A stretch of 62,959 nucleotides of DNA from Candidatus Saccharimonadota bacterium (GTDB lineage: Bacteria > Patescibacteriota > Saccharimonadia > Saccharimonadales > JAGQNJ01): contig DAISWO010000002.1 of assembly GCA_036826295.1 (NCBI GenBank), positions 159,294 through 222,252 on the forward strand, in the 5' to 3' direction. Every line of letters starts with the position of its first letter. Positions within the stretch are counted from its first letter, which is position 1. Under the pieces are notes generated by a model. The model was not told the origin of the DNA and did no database searches. It worked only from the letters and a program-made list of their open reading frames with translations. A program made the position numbers and the translations under genes. Shown here in pieces: positions 38,888 through 48,142 of the stretch.

Positions 38888-40108
38888 ATGAAAATAAGCA
38901 CCGACAAACAAGCAATTGATGAAATTACTTCTCGCTCTATCGCTGAGGTATACCCCTCAAAGCAAGCGTTAGCTGAGAAATTAGCAGAGGGAAAGCAACT
39001 CACTTTCTACGTGGGTATTGACCCTACGGCAGATTATGTTCACTTAGGGCATTCTACAAACTACTTACTACTAGAGCGTCTCCACAAATTGGGCCATAAA
39101 ATTATAGTCTTAGTTGGCGATTTTACGGCGATGATCGGCGACCCTAGTGACAAAACTTCTATGAGGACGCCGTTAACTGAAGAAGATGTTAAGGCAAACC
39201 TGAAAACTTTTAAAAACCAAATCGGGAAAATACTAGATTTTGAGAGTAGAGAAAATCCAATAGAATTCAAGTTTAATTCACAGTGGCTTTCACCGCTAAC
39301 ATTCAAAGATAGTGTAGAACTTGCGTCAAACTTCACCGTACAACAGATGTTAGAGCGCGACGCGTTTGAGAAACGGATTAAACAACAAAAACCTCTGTTC
39401 GTGCATGAATTTTTCTACCCGTTAATGCAAGGTTACGATTCTGTTGCGATGGATGTCGACGGTGAAATTGGCGGGACCGACCAAACTTTTAACATGCTTG
39501 CTGGACGAACACTACTTAAAAGGTACAAGAATAAAGAGAAGTTTGTTATAACAACCACATTACTCGAAAATCCTGAGACTGGTGAAAAGATGATGAGCAA
39601 AAGTCTCGGCACGGGTATAGGCCTCAACGAAGCACCAAAAGAAATGTTCATTAAAACCATGCAACTGCCTGATGCTGGCATCCTACAAACTTTTATTGAC
39701 TGCACTCGTCTTAGTATGGACAGGATTGAAGATATAAAGAAGCGTTTGGCATCGGATGAAAATCCACGAGACATAAAAATGATTCTCGCCCGTGAAATCG
39801 TAATGATGTATCACGGCGAAGAGGCTGCAGAGCTAGCCGAGAAGCAATGGGTATCTGAGATTAGCAACAAAGAGCTAGCGAGTGATATTAAGACTATCGA
39901 ATTTGATTCGGACACTGATCTAATCGAAAAGATTGTCGAACTAGGTGTAGTCGATAGTAAGAGTAAAGCCCGACGTTTAATAACGGAAGGCGCTGTTAAA
40001 ATTAACGATAAAAAAGTCTCTATGGATAGCTATAACGATTTGATTACAAAAAAATCCATACTATCTATTGGCAAGAAGCATAAATTCAAAATAAACTTCA
40101 AAGATTAA
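38888..40108 (+). CDS. tyrS: tyrosyl-tRNA synthetase
   Basis: GIDPT..HLGH, LMQGYD, GGTDQ, MMSKS, C-terminal S4 domain. Confidence 0.97.
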   Translation: MKISTDKQAIDEITSRSIAEVYPSKQALAEKLAEGKQLTFYVGIDPTADYVHLGHSTNYLLLERLHKLGHKIIVLVGDFTAMIGDPSDKTSMRTPLTEEDVKANLKTFKNQIGKILDFESRENPIEFKFNSQWLSPLTFKDSVELASNFTVQQMLERDAFEKRIKQQKPLFVHEFFYPLMQGYDSVAMDVDGEIGGTDQTFNMLAGRTLLKRYKNKEKFVITTTLLENPETGEKMMSKSLGTGIGLNEAPKEMFIKTMQLPDAGILQTFIDCTRLSMDRIEDIKKRLASDENPRDIKMILAREIVMMYHGEEAAELAEKQWVSEISNKELASDIKTIEFDSDTDLIEKIVELGVVDSKSKARRLITEGAVKINDKKVSMDSYNDLITKKSILSIGKKHKFKINFKD

Positions 40109-40174
40109 CTAATATTCAGTAAATTATTGTTATAAGCCTAGTACTTTCGTATAGTAAAAGCATAAGAAGGTCTC

Positions 40175-41893
40175 ATGATAATGAATAACAATTCGTTTAA
40201 TTTTCTTCAGCCAAAAATACTGTTACGTAGTTGGCGAAAAAAACAATTACCGACAGATTTTTTGGCTGGGTTAACAGTGGCAGCAATCGCTATTCCACAA
40301 TCAATGGCCTATACCCAACTTGCACACGTCCCAATAAGCACTGGTCTATATACTGCGCTCGTGGCAATGATAGCGTACGGGCTGTTTACGTCATCTAAAA
40401 GGGTTATCGTTGGACCAGATACCGCAATGTCAATTATGACTGGTGCAGCGATTACTCCATTAATTGTAGGTAATCCTGAATCTGCAACATTCTATGCCGT
40501 CATTTTAGCCACTTTAGTAGGAGGCTTTTGTATCATTGGCGCAAAGTTAAAACTATATTACATTGCAGAATTTTTATCGCGTCCAATTCTTTTAGGTTAT
40601 CTTATGGGGGTAGCGATCGTAATTATATCTGATCAAATTCCAAAAATGTTCGGGCTAGCTATTGGCGGTGAAAATGCTGTACACAATCTTTACCAACTAT
40701 CCATTCAAATACCAAACGCACATACCCTAACTATGATATTAAGTATTTCATTATTAGTAATCGGCCTTTTGCTCAAAAAATTACTACCTAAAATTCCCAT
40801 AGCAATCTTATTATTAGTAATTGCTAGTGTTGCCTCGATGATATATGGTTTCGCAGAGCTCGGCGTAACTAATGTTGGAAACATCCCTGCAGGTCTTCCA
40901 AATCTTGACGTCCCAAAAATGAGCTTTGATTCAATGCAGACATTATTATTTCCTGCTGGAGCCATTGCCTTAGTCTCATTTGCTGACACTATTGCGACTG
41001 CTCGATCATTTGCTTCGAAAAACCATGAAGATGTATCGACAAATCAAGAATTAACAAGCCTAGGGATAGCTAATTTGGCGGTCGTTCCAGTAGGCGGTAT
41101 GCCAGTCTCGGCTAGCGGATCAAGGACAGCAGTTAACGACAACTTAAAAGCCAAGTCACAATTCTCTCAACTATACGCATCAGGGATTATTGCTCTTGTA
41201 TTAATCGCATTCTCGGAGTACCTCAGCTATATTCCAAAATTTGCCCTTGCTGTAATCATAATCTTGTCAGCATATACTTTATTTGACTTTAAAGAAGTTA
41301 AATCTATTTGGAGAGGGTGGAGAAGTGAAGCTATCTTGGCTTTTATCACAGCTGGAGGCGTAGCATTTTTAGGCATTCTACCTGGCCTAGGTCTAGCTAT
41401 TGCACTAGCTGTAGCTAATCTAGTAAGGCGTTCCGCTTTTCCGCACGATGCAGTGCTTGGGGTTAGTGAAGACGGGCTGACTTTTCGCGATAGGTCTAGA
41501 CCACCGAAGACATTTGATATTCCTGGACTAATTATTTATCGATTTGATGCGCCACTTTATTTTGGAAATGCTAATTACTTCAAAAACAGAATTCTTGATC
41601 TAGTTAACGAATCAAGCGAAAAAATTAATTGGTTTTTGCTGGACGCAGAATCTATTTCGAGCATAGACTCTACGGGAGCGAAAACGATCAAATCAATACT
41701 ACACGAACTCAATCATAGAGACATTGGTTTTGCTACAGCGAGGCTAAAAGGCCCGATAAGAGACACCCTGCGGTCCACTCACCTTGGAACAAAGATAGAA
41801 AATCGACCTCATTTTCCTTCAATAGGTAAGGCCTATGAAGAGTACTGTGAAAAATTCGAAGTACCATCAAGGCGGCACACCAAAGCTAATTGA
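40175..41893 (+). CDS. SulP/SLC26 anion permease with STAS domain
   Basis: DFLAGLTVAAIAIPQSMAY, SASGSRT, YRFDAPLYFGNA. Confidence 0.93.
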   Translation: MIMNNNSFNFLQPKILLRSWRKKQLPTDFLAGLTVAAIAIPQSMAYTQLAHVPISTGLYTALVAMIAYGLFTSSKRVIVGPDTAMSIMTGAAITPLIVGNPESATFYAVILATLVGGFCIIGAKLKLYYIAEFLSRPILLGYLMGVAIVIISDQIPKMFGLAIGGENAVHNLYQLSIQIPNAHTLTMILSISLLVIGLLLKKLLPKIPIAILLLVIASVASMIYGFAELGVTNVGNIPAGLPNLDVPKMSFDSMQTLLFPAGAIALVSFADTIATARSFASKNHEDVSTNQELTSLGIANLAVVPVGGMPVSASGSRTAVNDNLKAKSQFSQLYASGIIALVLIAFSEYLSYIPKFALAVIIILSAYTLFDFKEVKSIWRGWRSEAILAFITAGGVAFLGILPGLGLAIALAVANLVRRSAFPHDAVLGVSEDGLTFRDRSRPPKTFDIPGLIIYRFDAPLYFGNANYFKNRILDLVNESSEKINWFLLDAESISSIDSTGAKTIKSILHELNHRDIGFATARLKGPIRDTLRSTHLGTKIENRPHFPSIGKAYEEYCEKFEVPSRRHTKAN

Positions 41894-41905
41894 ATAAACA
41901 TCTGT

Positions 41906-42805
41906 CTATTTATAATCCATGAATTTCATGCTGGTTGGTTTTATACAGATAACGACAAACTCACCTGCAATCAATAGAGACACCGGCGGCCATCCAATAT
42001 CTCCAGCATAAACTCTAGGCTTTATCAGTTTTGTAGTCACTGATTTGATATTATTTTTATCGGTTATCACTTCGGCGACCCCTTCGAGCTGAACTGTTTT
42101 GCGATCTTGTTCATCGAAAATGGTAAGCGCAACCGCTGGATTGATAGCAATGTTCTGAGCTTTATCGGTCTGACTCTTCGAAACAACATAAAAATAATTT
42201 TCTTCTCCAAGCAGATAATACACAGCCGAGCCACTAACAGACCCACGCCTATTGATAGTTGAAAGAACAGCAATATCATGCCCGACTAAAAAGTCTCTGA
42301 CTTCACTGGAAATCGGCTTTTGAGATGCTGGCTCTACTGGCTCCACTTCTTCTGATTCGATCTTGGGAGTGACCTCGGAACTTACAGGTTTTTTTATTGG
42401 TCCGACTGAGCGGTTCTTTAAATGTTCAATGCCTCTTGATTCAATGTATTGAACAAAAATCTTTGCGCATTCTGTGTTCACAAAACGCAAATTATAATCC
42501 CCAGCCCGAGTGTGGATTATTACACCCGAAAAACGTCCCTGGGCATTATGACTAATTCCGCTTACAAAATCGTATGATATCTCGTCATTTATCCGGAAAA
42601 ACGGTTTGTGGTCCATGTATATTAGGCGTCTGTCGGTAGCAACGATAGTTGCAGTGTTTTTATCTCGCCAACCATAGATTACACCTTTGATGTGTTCATC
42701 TGGATGAATAACAGAGGGAAGGTTATGGATTGTCGGCTTCCTTAGACCGTAGCTAGTTACTCCGACTTCTATCAGTTCATGTCTAATTCGAGTCTTGTGG
42801 TCCAT
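41906..42805 (-). CDS. bacterial PH-domain + pyridoxamine 5'-phosphate oxidase-like fusion
   Basis: N-terminal IVATDRRLIY PH-like segment; C-terminal VLSTIN...K..NIAINPAVAL..VQLEG split-barrel. Confidence 0.65.
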   Translation of the reverse strand: MDHKTRIRHELIEVGVTSYGLRKPTIHNLPSVIHPDEHIKGVIYGWRDKNTATIVATDRRLIYMDHKPFFRINDEISYDFVSGISHNAQGRFSGVIIHTRAGDYNLRFVNTECAKIFVQYIESRGIEHLKNRSVGPIKKPVSSEVTPKIESEEVEPVEPASQKPISSEVRDFLVGHDIAVLSTINRRGSVSGSAVYYLLGEENYFYVVSKSQTDKAQNIAINPAVALTIFDEQDRKTVQLEGVAEVITDKNNIKSVTTKLIKPRVYAGDIGWPPVSLLIAGEFVVICIKPTSMKFMDYK

Positions 42806-42960
42806 GACAATCAGCTCCTACACAATAAATTATAACACTGGGATAAATTTCTCCCTATAATTTACCCCAGCAACACTTCATCTAAAACAATCCAAAGGGA
42901 ATTGACTATTACACAAAATTAGCGCAATAATATATTTAGTTACTAATAAAGGAGGTTATT

Positions 42961-43497
42961 GTGAGTGAAAAACTTAAACCAATGTGGGAATTATTGGTAG
43001 TGAGGGGTGTAGCAGGGATACTTTTTGGTATTGCGGCAGTTTTTTGGCCAGGATTAACACTAACAACTCTGGTATACATAGTTAGTATATATATTCTCCT
43101 GATGGGTGTAGTTAGTCTAGTCGAAGCAGTTATGAGCCTAACAAGAGGCGATAACTGGTTCCTAAGAATGATTGCAGGAATTGTGCAACTAGGTGTCGGA
43201 CTTTATCTAGTCAGACACCCGCTCGTAACATTCGCTACGTTCATCTTGCTTTTCGGGTTTGTATTTATTGCTAGTGGGGTCTTAGAAGTTGTCGGTTCCT
43301 TAATTGATGAGTCTAGCGCAACTCATAAAATGCTAGGTATCATCAGCGGTGCATTAGCAGTACTTGTAGGAGTGATCCTATTGATGCAACCGGCAAGCGC
43401 GGGGGTAGCTTTTGTTTGGGTCGTTGGTCTTTACGCACTAATAACAGGCCCAATCTTAATTGCGCTTGGGATGGACATCAAAAAAGCAACAAAATAG
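42961..43497 (+). CDS. HdeD/DUF308 membrane protein
   Basis: Two repeats of G...G..ILFG..AVFWP-type TM motif. Confidence 0.85.
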   Translation: MSEKLKPMWELLVVRGVAGILFGIAAVFWPGLTLTTLVYIVSIYILLMGVVSLVEAVMSLTRGDNWFLRMIAGIVQLGVGLYLVRHPLVTFATFILLFGFVFIASGVLEVVGSLIDESSATHKMLGIISGALAVLVGVILLMQPASAGVAFVWVVGLYALITGPILIALGMDIKKATK

Positions 43498-43516
43498 AAA
43501 ACAAAAGTAATAAATT

Positions 43517-43555
43517 AGCTCCTGATCTTTCTAGTAGGTATCGGGGGCTTTTTTA
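43517..43555 (+). terminator. intrinsic terminator between convergent genes
   Basis: AGCTCCTGAT...ATCGGGGGCT followed by T6. Confidence 0.6.
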
Positions 43556-44782
43556 TTCGTTACGAAGAGCATCAATTGGATTCTTTTTTGATGCATTAAC
43601 GGCTGGGATTACACCAAAGAATATACCAACTATTAACGATATCAATACCGCCAACACGCAAACTTGAACGGTGATTATTGGCTGCATCTCTGTGAAAATC
43701 CTAATAGCAAAATTCACGAGTAGAGCCATGAATAATCCTATTAAGCCTCCGAGCACGCTCAATACTACTGCTTCTGACACAAACTGCCCTAGTATTTGTT
43801 TATCCGTCGCTCCGACAGCTTTTCGAATTCCGATTTCGCGCGTTCTTTCCGTAACAGAAACAATCATTACATTCATAACCCCGATGCCACCCACAACAAT
43901 CGAAATAGCGGCAATTGTAGCTACAAGACCGGTCAATACTTTCAGTACGTTATTTGCTATAGCTAAAGTATCTTCTTGTTTGAGCACAGTGTAATCACTA
44001 CTCGATTCGTTAACTTTAATCAGATTTTGCTCTATAGACCGCTGAACTTCGTCAACCTTGTCTTCATCTGTAGGTTTAGCTAGAATCTGGAACACCTGAG
44101 CCGAGCCCTCATTAATAGACTTGCCGGTAACGTATGGTATAAAAATTGCATTATTGTAGTTGGCGCCAAAGTTTAATGGAATCTCGTCAAACTCTGAAAA
44201 AACACCCTTTACAATAAATGTCTGACCTCGAAAGGTAAGGGCTCGACCAATCGGGGCGCTGTCATTAAACAGCTGTCTGGCAACGGTGGATCCAACTACG
44301 GCAAAATTCTTGCCTTCATCTGTATCAGATAAAAACTGGCCGAACTCTATGTCGTGATTTATCAAATCTTTAAAAGTGTTGGTTGTAGCAATAACTTGCC
44401 CAGATTTATACTCTTCGCCATCATATTCAATATTCCCACTCACTAAGGATAACGGCGCAACCGAAGCGACGTCCTTAGAACTTGATACAGCTTCAATATC
44501 GCTATCAGCTAAGGTGGTCGAGTTATTAAAAACCGAGAAAACATCAACGCCTATGATATTGCCGTTATCATCTTTTTCAACATATTTTCCTGGGCGGATA
44601 ATGAGTAGGTCACTGCCGAATTCTTTTATCTGTGCCTCGACTTGACGTTTTACACCCTCACCTAGACTAATCGTGGTAACCACAGAAACAACACCAATAA
44701 TTATTCCTAGCATGGTCAAAAAACTTCTGAGTTTCGTAGCCTTAACTGTCCGATACGCTAGTTTTAAATTCGACCTTATCAT
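43553..44782 (-). CDS. ABC transporter permease (MacB/FtsX type)
   Basis: RSFLTMLGIIIGV, GGIGVMN..VSVTERTREIGIRKAVGA. Confidence 0.93.
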   Translation of the reverse strand: MIRSNLKLAYRTVKATKLRSFLTMLGIIIGVVSVVTTISLGEGVKRQVEAQIKEFGSDLLIIRPGKYVEKDDNGNIIGVDVFSVFNNSTTLADSDIEAVSSSKDVASVAPLSLVSGNIEYDGEEYKSGQVIATTNTFKDLINHDIEFGQFLSDTDEGKNFAVVGSTVARQLFNDSAPIGRALTFRGQTFIVKGVFSEFDEIPLNFGANYNNAIFIPYVTGKSINEGSAQVFQILAKPTDEDKVDEVQRSIEQNLIKVNESSSDYTVLKQEDTLAIANNVLKVLTGLVATIAAISIVVGGIGVMNVMIVSVTERTREIGIRKAVGATDKQILGQFVSEAVVLSVLGGLIGLFMALLVNFAIRIFTEMQPIITVQVCVLAVLISLIVGIFFGVIPAVNASKKNPIDALRNE

Positions 44783-45648
44783 TTTGATTTAACCCTACTT
44801 TTTGTACTTTTGGATCTGCGTCTACTGCGTTTTTTCGGTTTCTTTTTTTCATTAAGATCACCAGGTATATTTTTCATTAATGCGGAAACGCCTGCGGCAT
44901 CATCCTCGGTCGTTTTTTTGCTGACAAAATACATACTGCGTTTTAATATCTCTGGTATGTCGCCAATCTTGTTCTTTTCATCATGGATTATTCTGCCGTC
45001 ATGTACATACACGACACGGTTAGCATATTTTGTTAGAGCAGGGTTGTGCGTAACCATTAACACTGTATTTCCGGCTTTGTGAATTTCACTTAGTAACTCC
45101 ATCACGACTTTACTAGACTCGCTATCGAGATTTCCCGTCGGCTCATCCGCAATAATTAGTTTAGGGTCGTTGATTAAAGCCCTGGCAATAGCCACACGTT
45201 GAATTTCGCCACCACTCAGTTGACGAGGATAAAAATACTCGCGGTGCGCCAAACCCATGCGATCCAATATCTCGCCGGCCCGACGCATTTGAGTAATTGG
45301 CGATAGACCTTTGTAAGCTAATGGCAAAGCGACATTTTCTAGTATTGTCATTTTGGGAAGTAAGTTAGAAGTCTGAAAAACAAAACCAACAGTATCTCGA
45401 CGTAATCTAGCTTTTTGATTATTGCTGAGTTTTGAAGTCATTCGTCCATTCAGCTTGTAGTCACCGTGCGTCGGCTCATCCAAAAACCCAATAATATTCA
45501 TTAGTGTAGACTTACCGGAACCACTAGGACCCATAACTGCAATAAATTCATTTTCTTCCACTACAAAATTAACTTCGTCGAGCGCTATAGTCGCTGCCTC
45601 ACCGAAGCCATATAGTTTTGAGACGTCGTTAATATCAATAAGTGGCAT
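44779..45648 (-). CDS. ABC transporter ATP-binding protein (LolD/MacB type)
   Basis: GPSGSGKST, LSGGE, ADEPTGNLD, VTH. Confidence 0.95.
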   Translation of the reverse strand: MPLIDINDVSKLYGFGEAATIALDEVNFVVEENEFIAVMGPSGSGKSTLMNIIGFLDEPTHGDYKLNGRMTSKLSNNQKARLRRDTVGFVFQTSNLLPKMTILENVALPLAYKGLSPITQMRRAGEILDRMGLAHREYFYPRQLSGGEIQRVAIARALINDPKLIIADEPTGNLDSESSKVVMELLSEIHKAGNTVLMVTHNPALTKYANRVVYVHDGRIIHDEKNKIGDIPEILKRSMYFVSKKTTEDDAAGVSALMKNIPGDLNEKKKPKKRSRRRSKSTKSRVKSK

Positions 45649-45951
45649 ATTTTCCTTAAAAAGTTTTGGTTAAAAAAAAGAGGTCCGATTAATCCGACCC
45701 TCCTCGTTGACCAATTTTCAATGGCTATTAATAATATACGCTAGACGACAGATGTAAATCAAGAAAACCGTCTATATTGCTGGTTTGGTTTTGTATATAC
45801 TGTTGTTAGTGTTTCTGTGTTAGCAGTTTTTTATTCTAAAGAGTCGATTTATTCGTCTCGAATGGATAAAAAACTATGAGGAAGAAACGACAAGAAGATG
45901 CAATACAATCAACAGCTTGATTGTACGAAATCTGACGGTCGATTCTGACGA

Positions 45952-46043
45952 GGAGAGGTGTCCGAGTGGTTGAAGGAGCACGCTTGGAAAGCGTGTATGT
46001 GAGGCAACTTGCATCGAGGGTTCGAATCCCTCTCTCTCCGCCA
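45952..46043 (+). tRNA. tRNA-Ser(GGA)
   Basis: GGAGAGG/TCTCTCC acceptor, CACGC-TT-GGA-AA-GCGTG anticodon arm, long variable arm, GGTTCGAATCC, encoded CCA. Confidence 0.97.
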
Positions 46044-46066
46044 AGAATAAAGTTCTTTTTTGACCC

Positions 46067-46109
46067 GTTCACCTAATGCCCTATATAGGGTAGGGTGAAC
46101 TTTTATTTT
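46067..46109 (+). terminator. element-supplied terminator for tRNA-Ser
   Basis: GTTCACC..TGCCCTA-TA-TAGGGTA-GGGTGAAC hairpin followed by TTTTATTTT. Confidence 0.7.
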
Positions 46110-46179
46110 CGGCTAAAATGTTATCTAAACGACGAAAAAAGCCATTCCCGTTCACATGGGCAGTAGGATTCGAACTTTA

Positions 46180-47478
46180 TTAGCTCAACTTTTTAGACCT
46201 ACGAGATCTTGCTACATATACCTTCTGATCTTCGAGGAATATTTCGCCAGTTACATATTGCAGAATCTCTCGTTTTTCTTCTTTAGACCCATGCTCTAGG
46301 ACATACTTTGCATACATTTTTAGATCTATGGCAGGTTTAGTTGTTGAGCCTTCTTTGTGTCCCAGAACTATGTTGAATCTGTCATATCGTTCTAATTCAT
46401 CCTTGAATTGCTTTTGGGCACCAATCTCATCAATTTCTAGGTTATCCACTAGAGCAAGGAGCTCTCGCATGAGATCAGCTTCTCTAACGTATGGCTGAAT
46501 GCAGTCGAGATCATTTGCTCTACCACAGTGATAGTAGACATAACGTCTGATCTCACCGGATTTAAGCTGTTTGATCTTTTCCTCGGCCGTAACACCTGTT
46601 TTACATACACCACACTTCAGCATCTTAGTGAAGCTGAACTCTTTACTACCTGCTGGTGCTTTCGGGGCTACGGTTAGCTGGATCTGCACTTTATCGAATA
46701 ATTCACGACTTATTAGGGGCTTGTGCTTGCCTTGATGCATTGTTGGCTTAGTTTTAGGGTATTTAAACTCTCCGTAATAAAAGGGGTTTCGAAGTGCCCG
46801 GAAAATGTGGCTAAGTACCAGACGTTTACCTTGCTTAGAGCGGAAATCAATATCATCTAGCCATCTTTTAACATCACGTCCTGTATAGGCGTTATTAGCA
46901 ACTCGTTCAAACATTTCCGTTATGATTGGCGCACGTTCATCGTCAATAATTATCTTTTCTTCGCCAAGACCATTGTTTAGGTATCCTATCGGAGCTTGAC
47001 CAGGACGCCAGCCGTTGGCTGCTTTATTGTGAAGCCCTCGAATAACATTCAGACCTCTGTTATCATTCTCTAGTTTTGCTTGTGATCCTAGAATCATTAG
47101 CAAGAATTTCTCATTTGGTGAGTTTGTGAAGGTCTGCCCGTGTGTTCTTATCTCAATAAGCTTGCCTTGATCCATCAAATCTACCAATATGCCTAGGTCT
47201 CCTGCGTTTCTGCTGAGTCTATCGGGAGCCCATGTCACAATTCCGTTGAAATATCCAAGTTGTATGTCTTTTATCAGTCGATTATAAACAGGTCTAGTGC
47301 CTGATTCTTTGGAAGAGTGGCTTTCTTTGCGAACTTCAACAATTTTTATGCCCCAGTGATCGGCCAGTAGCTCCATTTCTTTAATCTGTTGCTCGATTGA
47401 GAGAGCTTGACGTTCGTCTTGTTCTGACGATTTTCTGGCGTACAAACAGTACTTAAGTGGTTTCAGCTGGGGTGACAT
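46180..47478 (-). CDS. large serine recombinase (integrase)
   Basis: YARKSSE catalytic Ser, DRLSRN, recombinase domain, Zn ribbon CGVC...HC...C. Confidence 0.93.
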   Translation of the reverse strand: MSPQLKPLKYCLYARKSSEQDERQALSIEQQIKEMELLADHWGIKIVEVRKESHSSKESGTRPVYNRLIKDIQLGYFNGIVTWAPDRLSRNAGDLGILVDLMDQGKLIEIRTHGQTFTNSPNEKFLLMILGSQAKLENDNRGLNVIRGLHNKAANGWRPGQAPIGYLNNGLGEEKIIIDDERAPIITEMFERVANNAYTGRDVKRWLDDIDFRSKQGKRLVLSHIFRALRNPFYYGEFKYPKTKPTMHQGKHKPLISRELFDKVQIQLTVAPKAPAGSKEFSFTKMLKCGVCKTGVTAEEKIKQLKSGEIRRYVYYHCGRANDLDCIQPYVREADLMRELLALVDNLEIDEIGAQKQFKDELERYDRFNIVLGHKEGSTTKPAIDLKMYAKYVLEHGSKEEKREILQYVTGEIFLEDQKVYVARSRRSKKLS

Positions 47479-47578
47479 AGTAGTACAAAGGTACCAGTAA
47501 GTGTCACAAAGTCTAGGCCTATTTCACTTCCGCTTTGGATATTCTGATTGCTTGGTAAATAATGTATATGGAGGATAT

Positions 47579-48142
47579 ATGAAAACTATAACAATACAGA
47601 CAACAGTGTACGGTGAACCATCAACCCTAGAACTTATGGAGTTTGATGAGCTTGATAAGTTAAAATGGAAAGAACTCTTTGATTCTTGGAAAAAACTTAA
47701 ACTGGGAATGCGTGATTATAAATCACGAGAGCCAAACTTTCCTGAAGGCCTAAGTGAAAGTGCTTATTGTATCTGGTCTGGCTCGAAAAGATTTATTAAA
47801 GCTAGCGCAGGGACAAACGCATCATTTGTCACCTTCAATACCCAGACAAAAGAAGCTGAACAAATAAAAGCATGTAGCATTGATTCAGACTTAACTTCAT
47901 TTGGACCGACCTCAAAATGGGACAAATTAATATTCATGGATTTCTATGCTGACGGACTAGTAGATGGGTCCTTTAACGCGTACCAAATCCCAGACGAGTT
48001 AATCTACAATCACCAGATAAATAGAACTCAAACATTTAAAGATCAACAATTACAGGGAAGAAGACCAAGGCTATCTCTAAAAGATGTTATTGCTGAGAAT
48101 GATATTGAACCTATAGGAAAGAATGTAAAAATCTGGCTATAG
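47579..48142 (+). CDS. type II restriction endonuclease, Bsp6I-like
   Basis: REPNFPEGLSE, EQIKACSIDSDLTSFGP, QQLQGRRPR resemble the Bsp6I family as recalled; GGAGGA SD before 47579; faces a C5 MTase. Confidence 0.7.
   Translation: MKTITIQTTVYGEPSTLELMEFDELDKLKWKELFDSWKKLKLGMRDYKSREPNFPEGLSESAYCIWSGSKRFIKASAGTNASFVTFNTQTKEAEQIKACSIDSDLTSFGPTSKWDKLIFMDFYADGLVDGSFNAYQIPDELIYNHQINRTQTFKDQQLQGRRPRLSLKDVIAENDIEPIGKNVKIWL

Noticed and set aside
46147-46175. Alternative att site (antisense T-arm fragment and 9-bp CCCGTTCAC repeat at 46064/46147)
   Set aside because: No matching second copy at the other end; too short to define a boundary, so kept only as a side note.
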